Origin: a virus
Lineage: Duplodnaviria; Caudoviricetes
IMG/VR virus record: IMGVR_UViG_3300001749_000063
Location: 1 to 38,254 of that record
Direction: 5' to 3' (one strand)
DNA: 38,254 bases
Both the position numbers and the translations under genes were made by a program. Each line of letters starts with the position of its first letter. Positions within the stretch are counted from its first letter, which is position 1. Below the pieces are notes generated by a model. That model worked only from the letters and a program-made list of their open reading frames with translations. It was not told the origin of the DNA and did no database searches. Positions 18,607 through 26,693 of the stretch are shown here, piece after piece.

Positions 18607-19007
18607 TCAACCGTATCTTTTAAGTCGCTATTTGCGGCGTTAATGTCGTCGGCTTGGTAAGCTAGGTCGGTGGCTGCATCGCTTGCTTTATCTGCGGCGC
18701 TTTCAATTTCATCTGCAGCGTTGCTTGCGCTGTCTATGCTGGTGTTAAGTTCGTCGGTTGTATCTTCAACGGGTGAAACATCAACCTGTTCTTTTTCGCT
18801 ATCAACATGCAGAGCTGGCAGATCATCTTCACAAAAAAACTTAATATTTTGGTCAACGTATTGTTGGGCGGTTTCAATGGCTTTTGATTCGTCGCAACCT
18901 AGCAGTGTTGCAAGTAACGCAAGCGCTGTTACTGGCTTTGCTTGCTGATCACCTTGCTTGGCTTTTGCAGCTAGGCGGCGTTTTTTAAAATTAGCAATGG
19001 CACTCAT
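18525..19007 (-). CDS. Acidic protein with basic N-terminus; probable N-terminal frameshift partner of gpM
   Basis: 160 aa, directly after capsid gene; overlaps the gpM frame by 82 nt containing slippery runs. Confidence 0.75.
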   Translation of the reverse strand: MSAIANFKKRRLAAKAKQGDQQAKPVTALALLATLLGCDESKAIETAQQYVDQNIKFFCEDDLPALHVDSEKEQVDVSPVEDTTDELNTSIDSASNAADEIESAADKASDAATDLAYQADDINAANSDLKDTVEELKKPSAAQESSNSKSKTEPKKSSKK

Positions 19008-19078
19008 GGCATTGTTACCTTTTATAAATGGGTTAATTTGCTAGGCGGTTAACCTAGCAATGCATTTACCAATCGCGC

Positions 19079-20107
19079 TTAAGCGGCTGGTGCTGCGCCA
19101 ATGTTCATGGCTGCTTCGTCAACGGCGGCGTACACTTCAAACTCTTCAATTGCATAACCTTCGTTACGCCAGTATGAGTTTTCGTATTGCTTGCGGTCTT
19201 CTTCGTCTTTGGCTTTGCGGTGCGCGGTGCCTTTTTGCGTATAAATATGCAAATTGCTTAAAATGGTGACTGCAATGCGTTTACCTGGGAAGAACGGTGG
19301 CGTGTATGCGCGCATACCACCAATGTTTTTATCCATTTGCTGTGCGGCTACTTTTTCGCTTGGCTTGTCTGCTTGGTTCATCATTTTTGTTTGTGCTGTG
19401 GCTGTTAGGTCTGAGCCAACTAGCACAACTAGGCGCGGATCATTGCGTAATGATGGGTGAATAAACGTGTTTTTAAGCTCAGTAGCAATGGCGTCTAACG
19501 TTTTGTACTCACCATCTTTCAGCTCAGCGCTTGCATCAGGGTTAAAGTAAATTGGGTCTGTCATGATTTGATCAGGCGCTTTTTCTTTAACGATTTGATG
19601 CCAGCCTTTGTTTACGTCTTCACCATTTGGGTTAGCAACTGGGTCTGTTGTTGCGGCAGCTGATACACCATTAAAACCAACTCGCAGCATATCGAGTGCA
19701 AAACGTAGGGTTGCATTTTGGTTAATGAGCTTCATAAACTCATTTAAGTTACCGGCATTGGCCCATGTAGATAACAGTGCCCATGTGGTTGCTGAACATG
19801 AATCAGTTTCAACCAATTCATAAGTATTACCATCAACGCCTTGCTCTGATGTAAAACGGCCACCTGCTTTACGGCCTGTTGCAATGCCGTAATTGCCTAC
19901 TTTTACAACTTGGCCTTTAATTTGGTCTACTTGCATGGTGGTGATCATGCGTAAAAATTCGACCGACTCTAAAAGCGCCGCGCGCAGTTTTGTTTCCATT
20001 GGGTCTGAAATGGCAAATTTATGTGATGCGTCTTCTACACCAAATGATTTTGCTACTTGCACCGAGTATTTTTGTAAAAACCCAGTGGCTGTTTGATTTA
20101 AGTGCAT
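19079..20107 (-). CDS. Major capsid protein, P2 gpN family
   Basis: ALDMLRVGFNG, DVNKGW, PPFFP, RNEGY motifs. Confidence 0.95.
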   Translation of the reverse strand: MHLNQTATGFLQKYSVQVAKSFGVEDASHKFAISDPMETKLRAALLESVEFLRMITTMQVDQIKGQVVKVGNYGIATGRKAGGRFTSEQGVDGNTYELVETDSCSATTWALLSTWANAGNLNEFMKLINQNATLRFALDMLRVGFNGVSAAATTDPVANPNGEDVNKGWHQIVKEKAPDQIMTDPIYFNPDASAELKDGEYKTLDAIATELKNTFIHPSLRNDPRLVVLVGSDLTATAQTKMMNQADKPSEKVAAQQMDKNIGGMRAYTPPFFPGKRIAVTILSNLHIYTQKGTAHRKAKDEEDRKQYENSYWRNEGYAIEEFEVYAAVDEAAMNIGAAPAA

Positions 20108-20161
20108 GCGTTATCTCGCTCTGTTATGCATTAATAAAAGTAAACGTGGTTAAGCGTTTGG

Positions 20162-21082
20162 TTAAACCAGGTCTACGGTTTCGCCGCCTACTGGGTCGGG
20201 CTCTTGGCCGTTTTGCTCTTGGCTAAGGGCATTAAATTTGGTTTCTATGCCGTCTACCTTTTTACTAAAGCCGTCCATTTTGTCCATTAGCTGGCTAAAC
20301 TGCTCAGCGGTTACGCCTGCTGCGGTTTTATCGCTTTCAGGCTCGTCTTCTGGCTCTTCAACTGGCGGGGTTTCTTCGGCTTTTGGTGGCTTGGCGAATT
20401 TATTTTCAAGGTCGGTCACCTTGGCATCTAATCCGTCAAACTTGCCCATGAGGGCGTCAAACTGTTCTTGTTTCATGGTGTCTTCCTCGGTGATTTCATC
20501 TTGCTGATCGGCTGGCTGCTGATCACTAGAAAATAAGCTAAATAGTTGCGCCATTAAGCTTTGCGCTTTGGCGTGTTTGCTATTTGGGGTAGTTGGTTCG
20601 CTATTGGTGGTAATAAAGTCACTGTGTTGTAGCGTTTCGAGTTGGCTATATTCGTGATTTACTTCGTTATCACCAATAGAGAATTTTAAGCGGCTGGTGC
20701 CAGAGCTGGCTGGCGAGTCGGTAACGGCAAGGCCTTGTAGGTAGCAGCGCCCTTCGCTTTTGTAATCGGGGTTTGGCTCGATAGACATAAACAGCTTTTG
20801 GCCGTCTTTATTGGCAGCAAGCAGGTAGTCGTTAGCGGTAATTTTTACAAACAGGCGTAATTTACCCCCTTTTTTAGCGGCTTTTACTTCGTCAACAGTG
20901 CCCCAGTTTTTACCTTCGCTTGGGCCCCAACTTGAACGAAAATGCTCAGGCCAAATAAGCGCGGTATATTCATCAACCGAATACGATGCAGCCATTTGAG
21001 TGATCCACTCTTTTGAAATGGTTCGCCCGTCTACTGTTGCACCTTCTGTTGCTGCAATTACCCAACCTGATTGCTTAGCCAT
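20162..21082 (-). CDS. Capsid scaffolding/protease protein gpO
   Basis: ATEGATVDGRTI and YLQGLAVTDSPASSGT motifs. Confidence 0.93.
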   Translation of the reverse strand: MAKQSGWVIAATEGATVDGRTISKEWITQMAASYSVDEYTALIWPEHFRSSWGPSEGKNWGTVDEVKAAKKGGKLRLFVKITANDYLLAANKDGQKLFMSIEPNPDYKSEGRCYLQGLAVTDSPASSGTSRLKFSIGDNEVNHEYSQLETLQHSDFITTNSEPTTPNSKHAKAQSLMAQLFSLFSSDQQPADQQDEITEEDTMKQEQFDALMGKFDGLDAKVTDLENKFAKPPKAEETPPVEEPEDEPESDKTAAGVTAEQFSQLMDKMDGFSKKVDGIETKFNALSQEQNGQEPDPVGGETVDLV

Positions 21083-21116
21083 TATTTGCTTACCGCGTTA
21101 CTTAATATTTAAACGC

Positions 21117-21235
21117 AGCATAGCCATAAAAAAAGGCTGAATACATTGGTTAGCTTTTTGGTAATTCCTAGATTGAGGTTTTAGGAAAAGTGAGGTTTTT
21201 TATGCGGTTATAAGCTTATTGTAAACCAATACACT
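21117..21235. promoter_or_regulatory. Divergent late promoters with central inverted repeat TTCCTA-N11-TAGGAA (21165-21187)
   Basis: -10-like TATGCT (minus, 21122-21117) and TACACT (plus, 21230-21235) each start 54 nt from the repeat centre. Confidence 0.6.
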
Positions 21236-21274
21236 GTGCTCAGTTATCAATTATATGAGCACTTATATTAAGCA

Positions 21275-23059
21275 ATGGCTTATTCATCTGAAATACGCGA
21301 AGCAGCAAAACGGCTTTATTTGCGCCACCATACTCCCGACGAAATACGCGCGGAACTGGGGCTACCAAATAACCGTGTTATTTACTATTGGGCCGATAAA
21401 TACAATTGGCGCGATATGCTGCGCGAAGAAGACGTAGACGAAGCCATTGCACGGCGCATTTTAATACTTACCGATGTAAGCGACAAAACAGGCAACCAAA
21501 TAAAAGAGCTCGACATGCTGATAGAAAAGCATGTGAAGCTTAAAAAGCAACGTGCCCAGCAAGAAAAAGCAGCACAGGCCGAGCAACCCCACGGCACAAA
21601 CCAACCCAGTAATAAAAACAATAATCGCGGCGGTACCGACAGTAAAAAAAGCAAAGGCCGTAAGCGTAAAAATGATGTTAGTCATTTAACCGCTGAGGAT
21701 TTTGGCACCTGGTACGACTCGTTATTTGGGTACCAAAAAACGATGCACGAAAACTTGCATCAGCGTATTCGTAATATTTTAAAAAGCCGCCAAATTGGGG
21801 CAACGTATTATTTTGCGGGTGAAGCGTTTAAAGATGCGGTATTAAGTGGCGACCCGCAAATATTCCTCTCAGCTAGTCGTGCACAGGCTGAGGTATTTCG
21901 CAGTTATATTATTGCCATTGCGCAAGAATTTTTTGAAATAGAGCTAACCGGAAACCCCATTACATTGCACACCGCCCACGGTGATGCCGAACTACGCTTT
22001 TTAAGTACTAACAGCAAAACGGCGCAAAGTTACCACGGCCATGTTTATGTAGATGAATACTTTTGGATTGGTAAGTTTAGCGAGCTAAACAAATTAGCCA
22101 GCGCCATGGCCACGCACAAAAAGTGGCGTAAAACGTATTTTTCGACCCCTTCAACTAAAGCGCACCCTGCTTATACATTTTGGACGGGTGATCACTGGCG
22201 CCAAGGGCGTGCCGAACGCGAAGAAATTGAGTTCCCCAGCTTTGATGAATTACGCGATGACGGCAGGCTGTGCCCCGATAAACAATGGCGCTATGTAGTT
22301 ACTATTGAAGATGCCTTGCGCGGTGGCTGTGAGTTGTTCGACATTGAAGAACTGCGCGATGAATACAACGCCGATGATTTTAATAACCTGTTTATGTGCA
22401 TATTTGTGGACGATGCCGACAGTATATTTAAATTTAGCGACCTTGAAAAAGCCATGGTTGATGCCACCCGCTGGCAAGACCACAAACCCAACGCAGCACA
22501 ACCATTTGGTAACCGTGAGGTATGGCTGGGTTACGACCCCTCGCGTACTCGCGATAACGCCGCTTTAGTGGTTGTAGCACCACCAGAAAAAGCCGGTGAA
22601 AAATTTAGAATACTTGAAAAACACTATTGGCGCGGTATGAACTTTTCGCACCACGTGAGTGAAATTCAAAAAATTTATGCCAAATACCGTGTTACTTATA
22701 TTGGTGTAGATACCACAGGCATTGGCGCGGGGGTGTTTGACTCAATAAGCACGCTGTACCCACGTGAAGCCACCGCCATACATTACAGCGTAGGCAGTAA
22801 AACTCGCTTAGTACTTAAAATGATAGATCTTATTGAAGGTGGCCGTTTGGAATGGGATGCATCCCATAAAGATATTGCTATGAGCTGCCTTTCAATACGC
22901 CGCACCAGTACCGACTCGGGCGGCGCCATAACCTTTAAAGCTAGCCGCGATAACACTATAGGCCATGCAGACGTATTTTTTGCTATTAGCCACGCTGTTA
23001 TTAACGAACCCCTTAACCATGCACATAAGAGAAAATCACGATGGACCATGCAGAATTAG
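21275..23059 (+). CDS. Terminase large (ATPase) subunit gpP
   Basis: [10 protein letters not shown] Walker A, VYVDE Walker B, GYDPS nuclease motif, HADVFFA. Confidence 0.95.
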   Translation: MAYSSEIREAAKRLYLRHHTPDEIRAELGLPNNRVIYYWADKYNWRDMLREEDVDEAIARRILILTDVSDKTGNQIKELDMLIEKHVKLKKQRAQQEKAAQAEQPHGTNQPSNKNNNRGGTDSKKSKGRKRKNDVSHLTAEDFGTWYDSLFGYQKTMHENLHQRIRNILKSRQIGATYYFAGEAFKDAVLSGDPQIFLSASRAQAEVFRSYIIAIAQEFFEIELTGNPITLHTAHGDAELRFLSTNSKTAQSYHGHVYVDEYFWIGKFSELNKLASAMATHKKWRKTYFSTPSTKAHPAYTFWTGDHWRQGRAEREEIEFPSFDELRDDGRLCPDKQWRYVVTIEDALRGGCELFDIEELRDEYNADDFNNLFMCIFVDDADSIFKFSDLEKAMVDATRWQDHKPNAAQPFGNREVWLGYDPSRTRDNAALVVVAPPEKAGEKFRILEKHYWRGMNFSHHVSEIQKIYAKYRVTYIGVDTTGIGAGVFDSISTLYPREATAIHYSVGSKTRLVLKMIDLIEGGRLEWDASHKDIAMSCLSIRRTSTDSGGAITFKASRDNTIGHADVFFAISHAVINEPLNHAHKRKSRWTMQN

Positions 23060-24081
23060 ACCAAAACGCTGAGCAGTTAACCCAGCAACCAGACGATCAG
23101 CAAGGTAAGCAAAATGCGCCCGTTGTGTTTGGCTTGCCTGAGCAAGTAATGCCCGACATGTGGCTAACCGATTATGACTCACTATTTTATAACGATACCG
23201 ACCAGTATTGGGAACCGCCAGTAGACCGCCATTTATTAGCCAACCTTACACGCCGTAATGCTCAGCACGGCGGCATTGTACAAAGCCGTGCAAACATGGC
23301 CGCGAGCCGTTTTATTAGTGGTGGTATGAGTGCGCAGCAAGTGCAAGCAGGCTTTTTAAACCTGGTGCAATTCGGTGATGTGGCACTACTTAAAATACGC
23401 AATGGTTTTGGGCAAATTGTAAGGTTGTTTCCGCTGCCTAGTTACCGTACTCGTGTTGGGGGTGATGGTGGCGCTGTGGTGCTTGAGCGAAATAGCCAAG
23501 TTAAAAAATATAAAAAGCGCGACATTATTTGGGTTCGCCAGTATGACCCCGTGCAGCAAGTGTATGGTTTGGCCGATTACTTAGGCGGGTTGCAAGCTAC
23601 ATTATTAAATGAAGACGCAACGCTGTTCCGCCGTAAGTACTTTTTAAACGGGGCGCACATGGGTTTTATTATGTACGCGACTGATCCTAACTTAGACCCT
23701 GACATTGAAGACGACATAAAAGAAAAAATTCAAGACAGTAAAGGCGTGGGTAACTTCCGCTCGTTATTTGTAAACATACCCAACGGTAAAGAAAAAGGCT
23801 TACAAATAATCCCTGTAGGTAATTTTGAAAGTAAAGATGAATTCATGAACGTTAAAAACGTATCGGCGCAAGATATATTAAATGCTCACCGTTTCCCACC
23901 AGGCTTAGCGGGTATTATTCCGGCTAACAATGCAGGCCTTGGCGACCCGACTAAATACGATGCCATGTATTTTAAAAACGAGACTAAACCGCTGATTAAG
24001 TTAATGAGTGATGAAGTAGCAAGGGATCCTGAAATTGGCAGTAAGTTGCAGCTAAATTTTGATTTAGAACCGAGTGCTTAA
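23041..24081 (+). CDS. Portal protein gpQ
   Basis: [44 protein letters not shown]. Confidence 0.95.
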   Translation: MDHAELDQNAEQLTQQPDDQQGKQNAPVVFGLPEQVMPDMWLTDYDSLFYNDTDQYWEPPVDRHLLANLTRRNAQHGGIVQSRANMAASRFISGGMSAQQVQAGFLNLVQFGDVALLKIRNGFGQIVRLFPLPSYRTRVGGDGGAVVLERNSQVKKYKKRDIIWVRQYDPVQQVYGLADYLGGLQATLLNEDATLFRRKYFLNGAHMGFIMYATDPNLDPDIEDDIKEKIQDSKGVGNFRSLFVNIPNGKEKGLQIIPVGNFESKDEFMNVKNVSAQDILNAHRFPPGLAGIIPANNAGLGDPTKYDAMYFKNETKPLIKLMSDEVARDPEIGSKLQLNFDLEPSA

Positions 24082-24329
24082 TATTGGCTGTGCGCGGCAT
24101 CATGCTCTTTAATTTTTTCGACTAGTTCAGCATAGATATTTAAGGTTTTTAATGCCCGTGATAAATTTGGCGCGGGCACGTTATTTAACAGTGCTGCATG
24201 GGTTTTGCTCATGCCTTTTACTAGATGATCACTGGCGGCGGCTTTTATGTCGACGCTTTTAATTTTACACATAGCCAATAACCAGTTTAACCGCTCTTGT
24301 GTTTGTGACCCTTTAAACAAATATTGCAT
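24078..24329 (-). CDS. PapB/FocB-like transcription regulator
   Basis: ERLNWLL...IKSVDIKAA..DHLVKG...NLSRALKTL pattern. Confidence 0.7.
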   Translation of the reverse strand: MQYLFKGSQTQERLNWLLAMCKIKSVDIKAAASDHLVKGMSKTHAALLNNVPAPNLSRALKTLNIYAELVEKIKEHDAAHSQY

Positions 24330-24409
24330 GCTAAAACCCCTAAATTAATTATCACTTAAGTGATAACTTATTTATTTTAGGGTTATACCCACTATTTGTA
24401 AATGCTTAT

Positions 24410-24443
24410 TTGTTATGCACAAAATCACTGTATATAATAACAG
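24410..24443 (+). promoter_or_regulatory. ogr promoter (TTGTTA-17-TATAAT) overlapped by LexA box CTGTATATAATAACAG (24428-24443)
   Basis: Exact CTGT-N8-ACAG match covering the -10. Confidence 0.8.
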
Positions 24444-24471
24444 TGTATTTTATTAACGATTGGTGGTTATT

Positions 24472-24717
24472 ATGGCGCGGGTTACTTGTCCAAATTGCGA
24501 AGCTAAAGCAACAATTACATCACGCGAAAAGCAAAGCGCCCATGTTGTTAATTTATATTGCTCGTGCACCAATACAAAAGAATGCGGGGCTACGTTCCGT
24601 ATTACCCAATCGTTTGATCACTTCTTAAATCCTCCTGTAAAAAGCACCCAGCAATTGGCCGCATCGCTTATTAAAAATCTATCTCGTGAACAGCAATTAG
24701 AATTGGTTGGCTTGTAA
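24472..24717 (+). CDS. ogr: Ogr/Delta-family zinc-finger late activator
   Basis: CPNC...LYCSCTNTKECGATF. Confidence 0.9.
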   Translation: MARVTCPNCEAKATITSREKQSAHVVNLYCSCTNTKECGATFRITQSFDHFLNPPVKSTQQLAASLIKNLSREQQLELVGL

Positions 24718-24730
24718 AATACATAGCCAT

Positions 24731-24761
24731 AAAAAAGGCCGCTAATTTAGCGGCCTTTTTT
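24731..24761. terminator. Bidirectional terminator between ogr and the early operon
   Basis: AAAAAAGGCCGCTA-ATT-TAGCGGCCTTTTTT. Confidence 0.9.
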
Positions 24762-24772
24762 GTGGGTGGTGG

Positions 24773-25147
24773 TTACTGGCGCTGTTGGCCGTATTGTTGT
24801 GGTGCTGAGTGTTGGGGTGCGTATTGCTGCTGATCATACTGCCCCTGATATTGCTGTGGTGCATACCCTTGGTTTTGGCTTGGGTGGTTTTGGCTTTGGT
24901 TGTTGTGCGCTTGGCCGTTTTGGTTTTCGCTTTCCCAAAAAATATACAGCTTTAACGGGCCTTGGTGGTTAATTGGCATAGTGTCGAGCTCTATCTCTAC
25001 GCTATCGCTGCCGCCTTGCTGGTTGCTTGGCCATTTAGTGGCGCGGCCTAATGTGGCGTAGCGGTTTTTGGTCGTATTGCCTTGCTGATATTTTTCAGCA
25101 ATACAGGCTACACGGCCTTTATCAAGTGGTTTATTTTGTTGGTGCAT
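24773..25147 (-). CDS. Hypothetical protein, possibly ssDNA-binding, with Q/N-rich tail
   Basis: KNRYATLGRA...IELDTMP beta core plus low-complexity C-terminus; downstream of gpA. Confidence 0.5.
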   Translation of the reverse strand: MHQQNKPLDKGRVACIAEKYQQGNTTKNRYATLGRATKWPSNQQGGSDSVEIELDTMPINHQGPLKLYIFWESENQNGQAHNNQSQNHPSQNQGYAPQQYQGQYDQQQYAPQHSAPQQYGQQRQ

Positions 25148-25241
25148 GGTTCGTATCCTTTTTAGTTAATGTTGTATTTAATGATTTGTACTTAACAACT
25201 GAGTGGTACACCCAGTTGCGACGTTTAACGTTTGGTTTCAT
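25131..25241 (-). CDS. Small basic ORF (36 aa) not in the ORF track
   Basis: MKPNVKRRNWVYHSVVKYK...; GGTGA SD; fills the operon gap. Confidence 0.5.
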   Translation of the reverse strand: MKPNVKRRNWVYHSVVKYKSLNTTLTKKDTNHAPTK

Positions 25242-25244
25242 TGA

Positions 25245-25643
25245 TCACCATAATTCGCTTAATTCTTTTTCTAACTGCATTTGCATTAAGCGCTCTTCTA
25301 GCAGTTCGCGCTTTGACTTGCTGCGCTGCTGGTATTGCGGGCGCGGCTCTTGGTTTTCGTGGTGCGGCATTTTGGCCGGTGCGCTTACTGTTTTTGGTGA
25401 AACAATTCGCGCCTTTTTAGTGCTTGGTTTTGCTGTTGTTTTTATTTGGCCGGTGCGAAATTTATATTCTTTTCGCTCGCAACCGCAGCCCTGGACATGA
25501 CCTAAATTATCTTTGCGCACTACGCGAGTGGTGCCGCATACGCATTTACACATAAAATGCTGCGCCCCTCGGTTGCGGCGGTCTTCGTTTAGTACTGTCC
25601 AATTATTGAAAACGTCACCTGCTGTTATTTTACCTGTGGCCAT
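25245..25643 (-). CDS. Cys-rich protein resembling the N-terminal module of AP2/HNH phage endonucleases
   Basis: GDVFNNWTVL...CKCVCG...GCGC; no HNH or AP2 domain visible. Confidence 0.6.
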   Translation of the reverse strand: MATGKITAGDVFNNWTVLNEDRRNRGAQHFMCKCVCGTTRVVRKDNLGHVQGCGCERKEYKFRTGQIKTTAKPSTKKARIVSPKTVSAPAKMPHHENQEPRPQYQQRSKSKRELLEERLMQMQLEKELSELW

Positions 25644-25860
25644 GGCTGATCTCCTGAAGCTTACCCTCTATTTTTTTAATGATTTCTTTAAGCTCTTTAT
25701 CAAAAGTTAGCAGCTCCATTGGGAGCAAATGCTGATCATGAACAAGCGTTACACCTTTAAGATGCTCGCCATTAAAAACAACCCTTCCATCTTTAATCGC
25801 GGTAAAAATATCGGTACCGCAAAAAACCCTTTTCTCGAACGCAGTCTCTAGGTTAAACAT
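25630..25860 (-). CDS. Hypothetical protein
   Basis: Start set at MFNLET with GGAG SD; overlaps neighbours. Confidence 0.6.
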   Translation of the reverse strand: MFNLETAFEKRVFCGTDIFTAIKDGRVVFNGEHLKGVTLVHDQHLLPMELLTFDKELKEIIKKIEGKLQEISHGHR

Positions 25861-26134
25861 GGCTATTACTCCCAACCAATAAACGTGGGCGCTTAAATAG
25901 CAATGCGGCATTTTGTAACTGGTCAATAGTGACGCTGCGGCCATCAATGGCCGTTACTTTTATGCACTTAATTGGGCTTTCTTTAATTTCGACTGTGTAA
26001 CGATCGTTGTTACAAATGTTTTTTATGCAGCGCGCTCCACTTACAGCCGACTCGCCAAATGCGCGAGCTAATAAAACTTCATTATAAAATAACCCGGTTG
26101 AAAGCATTTTTTCTGCTGCTGAGTGAGTATTCAT
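25853..26134 (-). CDS. Hypothetical protein
   Basis: ATGA-coupled to the upstream gene. Confidence 0.65.
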   Translation of the reverse strand: MNTHSAAEKMLSTGLFYNEVLLARAFGESAVSGARCIKNICNNDRYTVEIKESPIKCIKVTAIDGRSVTIDQLQNAALLFKRPRLLVGSNSHV

Positions 26135-26397
26135 AATGTCACCTGCTGTTTTGGTTGTGGTCTGTTAGTTACTGTAAATACGTTGGCGTTAGGTTCTTGC
26201 TGATAACCGGTGCAAATTTCGGTAGCAAAAACGCTGTTATTGGTTTTACCGCACTGGCCGTATTGGGTTTTAGGCGCGGGCTTATCGAATTTTGTAACAA
26301 ACGGGCTATGCTGATCATCTGCAAAACCTTTTGGGCAAAATGCCTGGCAACTAATACATGCCCTTGGCATGAGTACTTTTGAAATTTTAATAGTCAT
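26131..26397 (-). CDS. Hypothetical Cys-rich protein
   Basis: CISC...GQC...C pattern; operon context. Confidence 0.65.
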   Translation of the reverse strand: MTIKISKVLMPRACISCQAFCPKGFADDQHSPFVTKFDKPAPKTQYGQCGKTNNSVFATEICTGYQQEPNANVFTVTNRPQPKQQVTL

Positions 26398-26408
26398 TTT
26401 CTTAGGCC

Positions 26409-26687
26409 TTATATTTTATAAATGCATTTATATTCGAACTCATAACCACCGCTTTCGGCTTTTACTTCTGTTCGCGTTAAATAACCTTTATCTCTTAGTT
26501 TTTTTAGCCTTAAGCTTATTGATTGAACGCTGGCAACAAGCCTGTTTGCTATTTTGCTACTCGTGTTTTCGCCCATAGCAACGCAAAACAAAATATCTTC
26601 ATCGCCATTGCTAATCTCTAGCTGCTTTATTTGCAACCTAGTTACTGGGTTTAACATTGCTAATCTAATATCTAAGTTATCCATCAT
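26409..26687 (-). CDS. Winged-helix DNA-binding protein
   Basis: TSSKIANRL..SVQSISLRLKKLRDKGYLTR. Confidence 0.7.
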   Translation of the reverse strand: MMDNLDIRLAMLNPVTRLQIKQLEISNGDEDILFCVAMGENTSSKIANRLVASVQSISLRLKKLRDKGYLTRTEVKAESGGYEFEYKCIYKI

Positions 26688-26693
26688 GCTCTC

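Noticed and set aside
3537-23049. Many antisense ORFs over structural genes (e.g. 9822..10277, 11666..12304, 21385..21654)
   Set aside because: Shadow frames of well-supported genes with no SD, coupling or recognisable domain
24780-24930. Short repeated units suggestive of an array
   Set aside because: They encode the Q/N/Y low-complexity tail of 24773..25147; no repeat-spacer structure
25245-25643. Mobile homing endonuclease or intron
   Set aside because: Only the Cys-rich N-terminal module is present; no nuclease motif and no interrupted gene
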